Position numbers and translations under genes: made by a program. The notes under the pieces were generated by a model that worked only from the letters and a program-made list of their open reading frames with translations, did not search any database and was not told the DNA's origin. Below are positions 1-29,370 of a DNA stretch of 64,000 nucleotides, piece by piece. The DNA lies in assembly GCA_012295275.1 (NCBI GenBank), contig CM022673.1:17732001-17796000 (forward strand). Reading direction: 5' to 3'. Position 1 is the first letter of the stretch, and every line of letters begins with the position of its first letter. The stretch is from Chrysomallon squamiferum. Its lineage: Eukaryota; Animalia; Mollusca.

Positions 1-700
1 AATACACTAACTTTTTTACTCTCTAACATGATAACACACTAGCAGTTTACTAATACTGTAATATACTAACACTTTACTTTCTAACATGATAACATACTAA
101 CACTGGTTATTAATCTTGTAATACACTAACACTTTACTCTCTAACATGATAACACACTAGCAGTTTACTAATACTGTAATATACTAACACTTTACTTTCT
201 AACATGATAACATACTAACACTGGTTATTAATCTTGTAATACACTAACACTTTACTCTCTAACATGATAACACACTAGCAGTTTACTAATACTGTAATAT
301 ACTAACACTTTACTCTCTAACATGGTAACTTACTAACAGTTTACTAATACTGTAATATTCTAACACTATTCTCTAATATGATAACATACTAACACTGGTT
401 ATTAATCTTGTAATTCACTAACACTTTACTCTCTAAGATGATAACATACTAAGTTTACTAATACTGTAATACAGTAACACTATTCTCTAATATGATGACA
501 TACTAACAGTTTACTATCTTGTAATACCCTAACACTTTTACTCTAACATAACATACTAACACAATTTACTAATCCTGTAATACACTAACACTTTACTCTC
601 TAACATTACACATTAACAGTTTACATTCTAATTTCTCTAACATGATAACACAGTTTTCTAATCCTTTATACGATCACTTTATTCACTAACACAATAACAT
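1..700. repeat. Intronic minisatellite, ~58-60 bp unit with ~118 bp dimer periodicity, degenerating toward 700
   Basis: Repeats of aatacactaacactttactctctaacatgataaca... Confidence 0.9.
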
Positions 701-952
701 ACTAACACAGTTTTGAGAAGACTATACATGACCTATGACTCTGTGCCCAGATCAACCATGATTAAATCTTCATTTCAAGATTATTCTTAACATTATTATT
801 TAATAACAGATGGCGAAACATCTTTATTTTATTTCACTATATTTTATCATAACTATCTTAATAGATTTCATTTTATTAATATATACTTTTTGAGAAAGAT
901 AAATAGAGTTAAGTGAAGATATTTGTGTTTGTTTGTCCAGTAAACAATTTAC

Positions 953-16637
<15,685 letters not shown>

Positions 16638-16639
16638 CT

Positions 16640-16930
16640 TGATAAACGTGTGCTAGTAAATGCTTCCTTTGTAAAATATTGAACACTGATTATTTGTTTT
16701 TAGTATCTTTCAGTTTGGAATTTAAAAAGAAATCCAGAATTATAATTATAACAGTTGTTGTTTCTTCCTCTTGATTTAATATAAAAAGTTAGGCTCACGA
16801 CCGACATTCAGGAATGAAATCAGATGACTATTAAAATAGCGACCGTAATAACTTCCGTCAACAAAAGGGACACAACTCATGGTAACCTGTATATCCGTTT
16901 TCAGCTGATGAGGCCTTTGAAAGGTAAGTA
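16640..16930. promoter_or_regulatory. Probable kinesin promoter/5' region, possibly bidirectional
   Basis: CpG-containing patch just upstream of the ATG; ETS-like ACTTCCG at 16851; RFX half-site CATGGTAAC at ~16878; plus-strand donor AAG|GTAAGT at 16924. Confidence 0.45.
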
Positions 16931-17167
16931 AAATTTATATTTATATTTAATACTTTTATTTATTTTCTTTTTAAATATTTTTAAAATTTATTATTAAATA
17001 TATTTTTCCTTCTATTTTTTTTTAACAATGCGCTAAATATTATTTAGTGAAGACTTTAGTTTCTAAACTCGATTTTTATTTTAGAATTATTATTATATAT
17101 CTTGATATTGTTGTCCATGTGGTCTCGTAATTCTGAATATTACTACTACTACTACTACTACTACTAC

Positions 17168-17207
<40 letters not shown>

Positions 17208-17489
17208 TTACAACCTGTGACGATTTTCTACCCATTTAAAAGATTAATCAGATTCAAATAAAATTTCAATTTTTAAAAAGAAGAAAAACACAGCCGGTTT
17301 AGTGCAAAATACTTTTTTTTAAATTTATTTCTTAATTAAAATAAGTATATGATAAACACAAGCATTGCTATAACAACAAATAACAAGAAAAAATCTTTAA
17401 AAAAAAATATATATTATTTCTGAAATCAAATGTTGATATGTATGTGCACCATTCGGATTTTAAGTCAATAACGAATTATATTCAGACAG

Positions 17490-17543
<54 letters not shown>

Positions 17544-18686
17544 GTGATAACAATAAAACTTTTACATTATAATATTAACATGTGTTGGATTTCTTACATA
17601 ATCGCACATTACATACAAATTAATTTATGAAATTAAATATATCTATGACAATAAGAAATATTATGTCAAACAAATCATGTGACATATGATTAATTATGAT
17701 GTAGGAGTCATAAAGTGTAACATAACGATGACACACGTAACTAAACAAAATAACAATATAAAAATAATAGCAGCTGTAATATACAAGTCTATGTAACAAA
17801 CTAAATTCTCTCTGGTTGTCACTTGACGTCTGAAATTTTGTCCAGTTTTCTAGTCTGTGGCGGATTCAAGAATGATGATGTCATAATAACTGTTGTCTTT
17901 AATGTCTGGAGTGATGCTACTGTACTCGTGATTTTTTTAATGAAATTACGTCATTTGATTATGAAAATGTTACATATTGTTATAATTTTTTTTTAAATTT
18001 AATAATGTTTTAATTATTTAATTGATTTTCAGATGTTCAGATTTTATATTTATTTGTTTATTTATTTATTTACAAAGATATGTTAAACAGAACAAATCGT
18101 AATTAATTATCTTGTTTATGATAATGACGTTTATTTCATTTAATTCAGTTAGTGCTGAAACACGCTTTTCTAGGCTCACTAATCTGAAAACAATATGCGT
18201 AGCTGTTGATAAAAAAAAAAAAATCATAATAAACAAATATAGCACCTGCGATGACGTTGTAATATTGACTTCATTTTTTTTTTTATTATTATTCATTTTT
18301 TTTTCTTAAATTCGTTTTTCGATAGTTTTTTTTTATTCTTTTTATATTTGTTTAATTTTTTTTATTATTATTTATTTATTTATTATTTCCTCCTCTCCTT
18401 TCTATTTTATTTTTTTTATTATTATTTTTTTTTTTTTATTATCTTAATTATTTTTTAAATTATTATTATTATGGGGTTTTTTTTAAGGGTTTTTTGTTAT
18501 TTTTGGTTGTTCTTGTTGTTGTTAAGTAAACAGAATTACTATGACATTTCAGTTTCGTTTTTTGTTGTTGTTTTTTTCGTTATCTGTTTCAGCACTTGTA
18601 AATTTTCTTATTTTTAAATTCAGGCGCCTGTATTTTATAATCGATAAAGATTAATACTTCTAAGATTAATAAATTAGATTTCTAGT

Positions 18687-18746
18687 TCAAACGACGTAGC
18701 TATCCACTTTTCTGCAAAGACAAACAGCGAGAACAATCCCGAAAAT
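18687..18746 (-). CDS. Tetraspanin A exon 8 (IFGIVLAVCLCRKVDSYVV*)
   Basis: 60 nt to TGA. Confidence 0.92.
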   Translation of the reverse strand: MFGIVLAVCLCRKVDSYVV

Positions 18747-18795
18747 CTGAAACACAACAAGAGAAATAATTTCTTATCAGTAATGATGACATTAT

Positions 18796-18874
<79 letters not shown>

Positions 18875-20223
18875 TCATTCACTCTCTATTCCATACCCTC
18901 TCTTCTCTCACTTTTTCCTTCATTCTTTCTCTTCCGATCCCTCCTTCTGTCCTTTAAACATACACACAACGCATGTAGAGTATGATACAAAGCTTGTGAC
19001 TAGATACATATAAATAAATAAATAAATAAATAGACAAGTGTTTCTTACCTGGATAAAAGCGATCCCTATGCCGATTCCAATTAGTACGGCTAAGTATTTG
19101 TTGACTTTGTTTGAAATGGAGTCGATACAGCCCTACAAACAAATGATAAGTGTTCAAATTAGTAAAGAATGTATTTGGACCAAGCAACGTCTGTGCGTAT
19201 GTTCTCACTATGTTTCTTACAAAAGCTACTTACATATATGTGAATGGCGTTTCCGTTAGGTTCTGATTTCAAAGCGTCTGACTGACATTCATCAGGGTTC
19301 TTCGGTTTAGGATCATCCGGGTCTCGGTTTTCTAGGATACAACAGCTGTCTGGAACATGTCTCTAGTAAGTAAAATAAATAATAAAAAAAAAAAAAAGCA
19401 AATAACAAACAGCTATATAAATAAACAGACATACAAACAAACGAACAGATAAATAAATAATTAAATAAATAAACGAATAAACACGACACTAAGTAAATAA
19501 ATAAACAAAACAAACAAATGCACAAATACACAAACGAACAAAGAAACAAATACACAAATAAACAATCAGATAAATAAATATACAAACTACAAACAAATAA
19601 GCAAACAAACAGAAAAATAAATTTAAAAAATAAATAAATGACACTAGCAGAAGTAATAGTAATAGTAGTACATGTAGTATTAGTATTAATTACAGTAACA
19701 ATAACAGTGGTTCTGCTAGTTGTTGAAGTAATGGTGTTGCAGAGTAATAGTGATTGTAATAGAATAAAAATATAAAATTACGATATAAAAAAAATAATAA
19801 TAACAACAACAACAGCAACAGTAGCAGTAGTAGTAGGAGGAGGAGGAGGAGGAGGAGGAGTAATTAATAAAAAATCAAAAACAGCCATTAAACAAATAAA
19901 TAAGCAGACAAGCAAACAAATAACAGTGAGGTTATACTTACTGTCCCGTTTACTGGAAAGACTGCTTTATAGTCTGTGTAGTTATTAACTCCACAGCATT
20001 CCAGCTGAAAACAAAGCAAGATAAACTTATTGTCTATTACAATAAATCAGTTTTCTGATACGAAAATGAAAACGTTAAAAATCAGTTTTACAAGAACATT
20101 TTTAAAAACTGTAAAATGATTTCAGTGCTACATTTAATGTTCTTTTTTGCTGTTTTTTTTTTTTTTTTTTTTTTTTTTTATACATTATGATTTTTAATAT
20201 TATTATTATTGGTATTGGTATTA

Positions 20224-20281
<58 letters not shown>

Positions 20282-20747
20282 AAAATGTTCTATACCCAGT
20301 TAAACGTAAATAAAACATTTTTCTAAGTGGCTGTAAATCAGTTTTGTGCCTACGTTTCGATAACAAGAAAAATAAAATATTTAAAAAAAAAAAAAATAAA
20401 TAAAAAATTGCTTTACATGATATTAGATTTTACATAAACTGCTGACAAATCGTGACATAAAATATTAACATCTGTATTCGTTAAAATAATCAATTTGTGG
20501 TCGACAGTAATTACTCAGTTTTAAGCAGCTGTTTTCTTTTTGACCAAACTGATACCATTTCGACCACTAAAATTATTATACAAATAAAACATTAAAAATA
20601 ACTCAATTTTCGCTCATTATCATATGAATTAATTTTATTAATAAAATGTACACACGCCACATTTTTCATGAAAATCAGTATATTATTCTATAGAAAAATT
20701 AAAATTGTTTGTTTTACTATATTTTTTATTATTGTTTTCAATTTTTA

Positions 20748-20794
<47 letters not shown>

Positions 20795-23182
20795 CTATTT
20801 TCAAAATTTCTACCGCCAAAGAAACTGTCTTTAAATGAGTATAATTAATGTTATATATAATGATAAGCACAATTTACGCATACATATACAGAGGTTCTTA
20901 CAGAAAGAAATGGAAAATTAGGTAGAAGAAAGTATGAATGAATGAATGAATGAAAGAAAGAATAAAAAAGAAAGAAAGAACGAAAGAACGAAACAAAAAA
21001 AAAGAAAGAATTAAAGAGTGAAAAAGCAGAAAAAAAGACACAAAAAACCGAAGTAGACTGCTTTGGAAGTATTATCCAAACTGAACCATGTTTCATTCAC
21101 AAAATGTCTAATGTAACGTATTCAAAAAATCGTTACTAAAAATTACGTTGTATGACGATTCCCGCTTCACTGAACGATGTTAGAAGTGTTAGACAAGTTG
21201 TACATTTACCCACACCTGTATGTAGTCCCAGGGCTGTGTGAACTTTGTTAGACAAGTTGTACACTTACCCACACATGTGTGTAGTCCCAGGGCTGTGTGA
21301 ACTTTGTTAGACAAGTTGTACACTTACCCACACCTGTGTGAACTTTGTTAGACAAGTTGTACACTTACCCACACCTGTATGTAGTCCCAGGGCTGTGTGA
21401 ACTTTGTTAGACAAGTTGTACACTTACCCACACCTGTGTGAACTTTGTTAGACAAGTTGTACACTTACCCACACCTGTGTGAACTTTGTTAGACAAGTTG
21501 TACACTTACCCACACCTGTGTGAACTTTGTTAGACAAGTTGTACACTTACCCACACCTGTGTGTAGTCCCAGGGCTGAGTGAACTTTGTTAGACAAGTTG
21601 TACACTTACCCACACCTGTGTGTAGTCCCAGGGCTGAGTGAACTTTGTTAGACAAGTTGTACACTTACCCACACCTGGGTGTAGTCCCAGGGCTGAGTGA
21701 ACTTTGTTAGACAAGTTGTACACTTACCCACACCTGTCTGAACTTTGTTAGACAAGTTGTACACTTACCCACACCTGTGTGAACTTTGTTAGACAAGTTG
21801 TACACTTACCCACACCTGTGTGTAGTCCCAGGGCTGTGTGAACTTTGTTAAACAAGTTGTACACTTACCCACACCTGTGTGAACTTTGTTAGACAAGTTG
21901 TACACTTACCCACACCTGAGTGTAGTCCCAGGGCTGTGTGAACTTTGTTAAACAAGTTGTACACTTACCCACACCTGTGTGAACTTTGTTAGACAAGTTG
22001 TACACTTACCCACACCTGTGTGTAGTCCCAGGGATGTGTGAACTTTGTTAGACAAGTTGTACACTTACCCACACCTGTGTGTAGTCCCAGGGCTGTGTGA
22101 ACTTTGTTAGACAAGTTGTACACTTACCCACACCTGTGTGTAGTCCCAGGGCTGTGTGAACTTTGTTAGACAAGTTGTACACTTACCCACACCTGTGTGA
22201 ACTTTGTTAGACAAGTTGTACACTTACCCACACCTGTGTGTAGTCCCAGGGCTGTGTGAACTTTGTTAAACAAGTTGTACACTTACCCACACCTGTGTGA
22301 ACTTTGTTAGACAAGTTGTACACTTACCCACACCTGGGTGTAGTCCCAGGGCTGTGTGAACTTTGTTAGACAAGTTGTACACTTACCCACACCTGGGTGT
22401 AGTCCCAGGGCTGTGTGAACTTTGTTAGACAAGTTGTACACTTACCCACACCTGGAACTTTGTTAGTCCCAGGGCTGTGTGAACTTTGTTAGACAAGTTG
22501 TACACTTACCCACACCTGGGTGTAGTCCCAGGGCTGTGTGAACTTTGTTAGACAAGTTGTACACTTACCCACACCTGGGTGTAGTCCCAGGGCTGTGTGA
22601 ACTTTGTTAGACAAGTTGTACACTTACCCACACCTGGGTGTAGTCCCAGGGCTGTGTGAACTTTGTTAGACAAGTTGTACACTTACCCACACCTGGGTGT
22701 AGTCCCAGGGCTGTGTGAACTTTGTTAGACAAGTTGTACACTTACCCACACCTGGGTGTAGTCCCAGGGCTGTGTGAACTTTGTTAGACAAGTTGTACAC
22801 TTACCCACACCTGTGTGAACTTTGTTAGACAAGTTGTACACTTACCCACACCTGGGTGTAGTCCCAGGGCTGTGTGAACTTTGTTCTGCCTGGTTTGTAC
22901 TCCTTCTGCAACTCTGAGAGCAAATCTCGCTTCATGGTGGTCACCACCTGTGTGTGGAAAGTACTGTCTTGTTTACTTTTCCTTTAACTGTTAAGAATAT
23001 TATTATTACTAAAATAAATTACTGATAATGATGATGATGATGATAATATTTAAAACTGTTAGAATGATGGTGACAATGATGGTTAGGATGATATTGATTA
23101 TAATAATGATTCTGTGTACATAAATTAAGTTATTGGAAAAGTAGCCAAGAGTAACAGAAACGGAACTAAAATATTTTTTTTT

Positions 23183-23256
<74 letters not shown>

Positions 23257-23629
23257 ACAATAATTATGTTTTTGTAGTTTTAAATGTCTTTGTCTCTAAC
23301 AGAGTATTCGTATTTTAAAACCCAGTTACACATTGAAGACAACAGAGTGAACACTTCTTACTTCAGTCTTGAAAATTGCCGCTATGACACCAGCCGATAT
23401 TTCACCCACGAAAATCAAAACAAGAAAGAATATATACTGAAATTAAAAGTACATATATTACTTTTTTTTATATTATTTTATTTTTACTGTAATTCTTTAT
23501 TACTGATTTTTTTTCTGTCTTTAAATTTCATTGTTATGTTTTTAACAAATAAAAAAAAAAAATTGGAGAAATATAGTGTTAAATTGTAGGCACTACTGTA
23601 GGCATTATAATATTAATAATGATAATAAA

Positions 23630-23669
<40 letters not shown>

Positions 23670-24899
23670 GTAATAATAATAAATCAATAAATTAATTAAT
23701 TAATACAGTTTATCATTACAATTCATTTTTTTTTTTTTTTTTTTTTTTTTTATGCCTTTTTAAAAATTAATTGTTCATTTACTCATTCATTTGTTTATTT
23801 GTTCCTAAGGTTTTAGTTGTGAACTCACCACCCCAAGCAGCCACCTGCTTTTGAGAAGCCCGCCAAAACAGCCGAACACGCCCACCAGGAGAACGAAGCC
23901 ACCGAACCCAATCAGCACGTACGACGCAGTGGTGAGGTACTTGGTATCTGTGTTAATTTCCACCAGTTTCTGCAGCTGCACCACGTTAGGGTCCACGCGA
24001 AGCCAGATTCCTACACCTAGCGTCGCTATTCCTGACAGCTAGGAATACAAGAAAACACCACATTAGCCACTGTTATACTGTGCGAAAACAGAGAAAGAAA
24101 GAAAGTAGGCAGACTAAGAAGGATAGAAAAAAGTAAACGAAGTAAAATACGAAATATGTATATATATATCTGTCTGTTTGACTGTATGTCTATCTCTCTC
24201 TGTGTGTCTGTCTATCTATCTATGAATCTATCTGTCCATCCATCTGTCTATTTGATTTGTTATTGTTGTTGCTGTTGCTGTTGATCTTTTAGTTGTAGTT
24301 ATTGTTGTAGACATCATCTTCATCAGTAGATAATTTTATATATTTTTCATGTATTTATTTTACATTATATTTGCACGAATACCTTTAGTATGCTCGTATG
24401 CGTGTGTGTTTGTGTATGTGTATGTGTTGCTGTCAGTATTTTTTGTGTTCTTTCGTTTCTTTGTTTGACTGTGTCTGTGACAGAGATTATTATTCACATT
24501 TAAATATCGAGCTACCACAGGCCATACAAACGAGAGGTATGCGTGTATTCAGTGTAAACGAAATTAGATAGAAATTAAGTGTAGATTTTTAAATTTAAAT
24601 TTCATTAAAACCACGACCTTTAATTACAAATAAATACTATATATATATATATATATATATATACCAAATGCCTTCAAGGAAACTAATTTAAAAATGCTAT
24701 TTATTCTTTTGTCTAATCCTATAACACTGTTGTCATACTTTATTATTAACAAAGAGTGGTATGTAGGGTAAACTGGAAATTTAAAAACAAGAAGATGTTA
24801 GTTGATTAGAAAGTTTTAACTTACTGTGAATATTGTGTTGAAGAGAACGAGAAAAAATCTTGCTGTTCTTCCTGCGCAGTCTAATTTTATTTTACCCAT
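18687..24899 (-). CDS. Tetraspanin A, 8 coding exons, 265 aa, 6-Cys EC2
   Basis: Four TM segments, LFNTIF, GCFGG, CCG, PDSCC, GC before TM4; all introns phase 0 and GT-AG. Confidence 0.93.
19049..19132 (-). CDS. Tetraspanin A exon 7 (GCIDSISNKVNKYLAVLIGIGIGIAFIQ)
   Basis: 84 nt, AG/GT. Confidence 0.93.
19234..19362 (-). CDS. Tetraspanin A exon 6 (RHVPDSCCIL...ECQ...IHIY)
   Basis: 129 nt, PxSCC motif. Confidence 0.9.
19942..20004 (-). CDS. Tetraspanin A exon 5 (LECCGVNNYTDYKAVFPVNGT)
   Basis: 63 nt, CCG motif. Confidence 0.93.
21075..21156 (+). repeat. 82-bp dispersed direct repeat, copy 1
   Basis: Matches 25712-25793 with 3 mismatches. Confidence 0.85.
21187..22885. repeat. Minisatellite, 32 units of 59/41 bp, derived from the exon 4 3' end plus 5' splice site of tetraspanin A
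   Basis: Minus-strand unit aacaaagttcacacag[ccctgggactacacccag]gtgtgg|GTAAGTgtacaacttgtct. Confidence 0.95.
22846..22947 (-). CDS. Tetraspanin A exon 4 (VVTTMKRDLL...QPWDYTQVW)
   Basis: 102 nt; its 3' end is the last unit of the adjacent array. Confidence 0.9.
23362..23436 (-). CDS. Tetraspanin A exon 3 (TM3 YIFFLVLIFVGEISAGVIAAIFKTE)
   Basis: 75 nt, AG/GT. Confidence 0.92.
23829..24038 (-). CDS. Tetraspanin A exon 2 (TM1 end, EC1, TM2)
   Basis: 210 nt, LSGIATLGVGIWLRVDP...VGVFGCFGG..LLGV. Confidence 0.95.
24825..24899 (-). CDS. Tetraspanin A exon 1 (MGKIKLDCAGRTARFFLVLFNTIFT)
   Basis: 75 nt; acceptor just upstream (exon edge 24912), GTAAGT donor. Confidence 0.9.
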
Positions 24900-24973
24900 A
24901 ATGCCGGTTGAGCTGCAATAAACAAATACACAAAATAAAATAATTCTCACAGAAATGAATATATGACTCAGGG

Positions 24974-25100
<127 letters not shown>

Positions 25101-25711
25101 ACTGCAAATGTTAACCTGAAAACATGAAAATAATTATTATCAAAATAGTGTAACACTGGCCTAATTACAATTTCAAAATGCTTAAAACGACAGCCTTCCC
25201 CTGTCCGGTGTGACTCTTGGTTACATCTTCACAGTCCATTCACACGGATAACAACATGAATCAAGTAACTTTAAAATACCAAGACATTCTTTCTAGCTAC
25301 TGAACTGTGAATTTTGTCAGTGGTTTGTTTGTTTTGTTGGATTGTTGTGTGGTTTTATTTATGTTCTACATCGTAAAAATAAGAATCCACATCGAGATAA
25401 GCAACGTTTTATAAAAATGGTAATCAAATATGGCGTCCTTCGCGATAAAATGATTTTTTACACCTTTTTTTTATTATTTTTAATTTTTTAATTTTTTAAT
25501 TTTAATTTTAATTTTTTAATTTGTTAATGGTGTATATTTATGATAATGTGGACAAAGGACCTAAACAGTTCTTGTATATTGTAAAATTATTATTTTATAT
25601 AGAACTGGCATGAAAGTTTTGGTAATTACAATAAAGTTGCGAGTTTCTCTTGATACTGAGAAAATATATTTTTAGTTTAATTCTAAAGATACTTTCTGTA
25701 CATTCAGTACT

Positions 25712-25793
25712 TCCAAACTGAACCATGTTTCATTCAAAAAATGTCCAATGTAACGTATTCAAAAAATCGTTACTAAAAATTACATTGTATGAC
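25712..25793 (+). repeat. 82-bp dispersed direct repeat, copy 2
   Basis: Matches 21075-21156. Confidence 0.85.
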
Positions 25794-28700
25794 AGAGTCA
25801 TAGGTGATCATAGGTGAATTCTCTGTGGAGACATTCGTATACATAAGCAGTTAACAAAAGGTTACTAACAGCTCTACTTTCAAACGTCAGTGTATCAGGT
25901 GACAACGATGACAATTACACCAGGAAGAACAGTGTTAGTTTACATGTATATCTGTTTAACACTCAGTGCTTTCCAGGAAGTACGATAAACATAACAATTC
26001 AACTCGGAGCTGTTCGAGGGGGCGGGTTAACTCCAGTCACGTGTTTTCTTTATAATTACAATCATTTTATCTCCACAGTTACACCCATTTTAGTGATGTT
26101 TCTCTTTGTCTTGTACTTTGGATCCTTTCCTTACAAAGTAAATGATTTAGTGTTGGTGAAAATAATTTATTTGTGTGAAAGAAACGTAATATAATTTCTA
26201 ATTAATGTATCGAAAATCATTTTAAAAAAATTAATAATAAACAAATAAAACATGAAAATGATTAATTAGTCTAAATTCTGAGCAAATATCATTGTTTTCA
26301 TATCCATTACTTAGATGCAAATGAATATAAATATAATATTAAGAAAATGGAAGTTAAAAAGTAATTTTTACAGATACGTACACACCTGTGCATGCTTGCT
26401 CATATACATAAAGACAGACTGTTAGTTTATATACATAAATACATAAATACATACAAACATACACATACACACACATATATATACATATACATACATACAT
26501 ATATAATTAAAATCAATTTCAATAATGCACTGAGGACTATAAATAAGTAACAAAATAACCGACGAGATATCACCTGCTACTACTACTTCTACTATTACCA
26601 CTACAACTACTACTACTATTACTACTACTTCTACTACTACTGCTACTATTAATAATAATAATAAACATATATGATCAAGTTGACAGTTCATCTGATCTTT
26701 CAGAGACAGTGGCCAAGTCAGTGTCCTCTGAACATATCTGTAGTGGAAGAACTCCAGACTTGACCACCTACCCACCACCCCCTCTGATGCCTCGATTCAT
26801 CTGACGATTACTTGAATAACATGACAATACATTATTTAACAGCATCCACGTTAATACTTTCTCTTTTGTATTCTTTGTCACTATAGTGACGTGAATTCAC
26901 AATGAAATGTTTACGTTCGTTGCAAGATTGTCGGTGTAAGAGAGAGAGGAAATATTTTAACTTACAATTAATAAAGGTGGTATAAAATCTAATATTGTAT
27001 TTCACACCGAGAGACTGATACTCTGATATCCTGTCATTAAAAAAAAAAATAACGTTTTATTATCGCATGGTTTTGAATCTAAAGATCTGTATTTTATTCA
27101 TTTTTAATATTTTGGTACAAATACTTCAAGAAACGTACTTAGTTAGATACACACATACCTGTCTGTGTGTGTGTCTGTATGTGTGTGTGTGTATATCTAT
27201 CTATCTATCTATCCATCTATCTCATTATATATACACACACACACACACACATATATGTATAATATATATATGTGTGTCTGTATGTGTGTGTGTGACATCT
27301 ATCTATCTATATATATCTATATATCTATCTCCTTATATATACACACATACACACATACATATATGTATATACATGTGCGTATGTGCGTGTGCCTGCCTTA
27401 TATAGTTTACCTTTCACGTAATATGAATCAGGAAAACGTATCGTCGTTAAACGAAATATTTCTCAAAGTAAAATACTGAATTTTTGAACGGAATTGTTCT
27501 AAACATTCAGAAGACGTGAACTATTTTCTGCCGTGGTTTTATCCAACTGAAATACAGTAAATGATTTCTTCACATTAAACTCTGTCTATAATAGAATAGA
27601 GGTTGCTTCTAAAGGGCGTGGTCATGAAGCAGTTGTTTGAAAAGCTCTTTGCAACTGTCAGGTATAACGCATTTTATTGTATAAATATCAAAGAAGATAT
27701 GAGTAACAGAGTATGTAATAGTAATATAAATAGTCTTGACAGGTTTGAGCTACCCCGGAATGAAAGGACGAATTTATGCATAATACTGTAATCACGGGTA
27801 TGTAAAAAGCCAACTGTATTTGCTCATAAATATATGTATGCACATATTGATATTATCGTAAATATGTGCAACCTATACATCTATATGTCGTGTATATATA
27901 TGAACATATACAAGGAAGCAAACATACAGCTTATGATAAATTAAAATAGTTATAAATAAATATTTACTTAGTTTATTAATTTATTCGTAAATTTGCTTGT
28001 ACAAAATGATAGGGGAGGTGTTTTTCTTTTATCGTACCTGTATTCACCTGAAAACTGTTTACTGAATTTTGTTATTAGTAACTAATAAATGAACAATAAT
28101 TTATGAACACAGTCTAATCTTTTCAATGTATGGACAACATAGACAGATCTAAATGTTCAAGGTTCCTTTGCGTCGTTTCACCAGTAGACCATGACACTTG
28201 TCGGCCTGATCGTTAAAAGAAATGCTAACAAAACATTTTAACTGACCTACAAACAGCAGATACGAACTGTATTGAATTATGAGCTAAGAGATCAAAAAAA
28301 CTAATTTTTTAAAATACTTACCAGCAAATATCTTCGAAGAGCAGACGATGTCAACTTTGTAACCGTGTTTTAAAAATAGTTCCACGAAGGCGTCGTTGCG
28401 ACCAGTCAGGTTTTTAAGCAAGCCTCACACAGACTGAGGTCACTTTATTGATCTACCTGGTCAGGTGTCTGTTTTTAGATACAGCACTAAGGTGTAAGAA
28501 TAGAAACGTCGTGATAATCTCGACTTCGCTGAGCAGGTGTACTGTATATTTATTACCAGGCGGAGCAACACGATCGTATTACAGCTGTCGTATGCTAGAA
28601 GGTCTTCTAGCAAACTGAGACAGTCAAGTGAAAAATGATTCAAATACTTTGATGTCGTTACAGGTTACTGTTAGCTGATGCAAGCGCTATTTGTTTTCTT

Positions 28701-29015
28701 ACTAAAATACCTTAAATTATGTGACATGAAATAAAAAATCTATGTTTTGGTTACTAATACTGTAAGCATAATAAAAATCGATATTACACAATGAGTCATA
28801 TTGTTGTCATGTTGCGACATTTGGATGTTAACGATAATTGAAACACGGAAGCAAGAAGGTCAAGGTGACATAAATACAAAACATCAATGTTGTTTACATT
28901 GTTACTTATAGAGTGATATAAATACATTCATTTCCTCCATATATAAATTATATATGAGATGATTAAAATAAAATCAGTTTTAAAATTTAAATACCATTAG
29001 CTTTCTGTTAATAAC

Positions 29016-29122
<107 letters not shown>

Positions 29123-29299
29123 CAGAAGTGTTGTGGTTGTCATTGTTGTCATTGATGATGATATTTCCATATAATAAATGATCGCTTACTAATGAGCTAA
29201 TCAAATGTCTCACGATATCACAGATTGTATTGTGTGACAGCGCCTTTTCTCACGAGAGTAAGAAAACATCTAGGTGTAGTTACCAAGTTTCTTTTTAAT

Positions 29300-29370
<71 letters not shown>

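Noticed and set aside
21187-22885. CRISPR-like appearance (constant repeat with a variable 18-bp insert)
   Set aside because: The 'spacers' are all the same exon-derived sequence, the context is a eukaryotic intron and there are no cas genes
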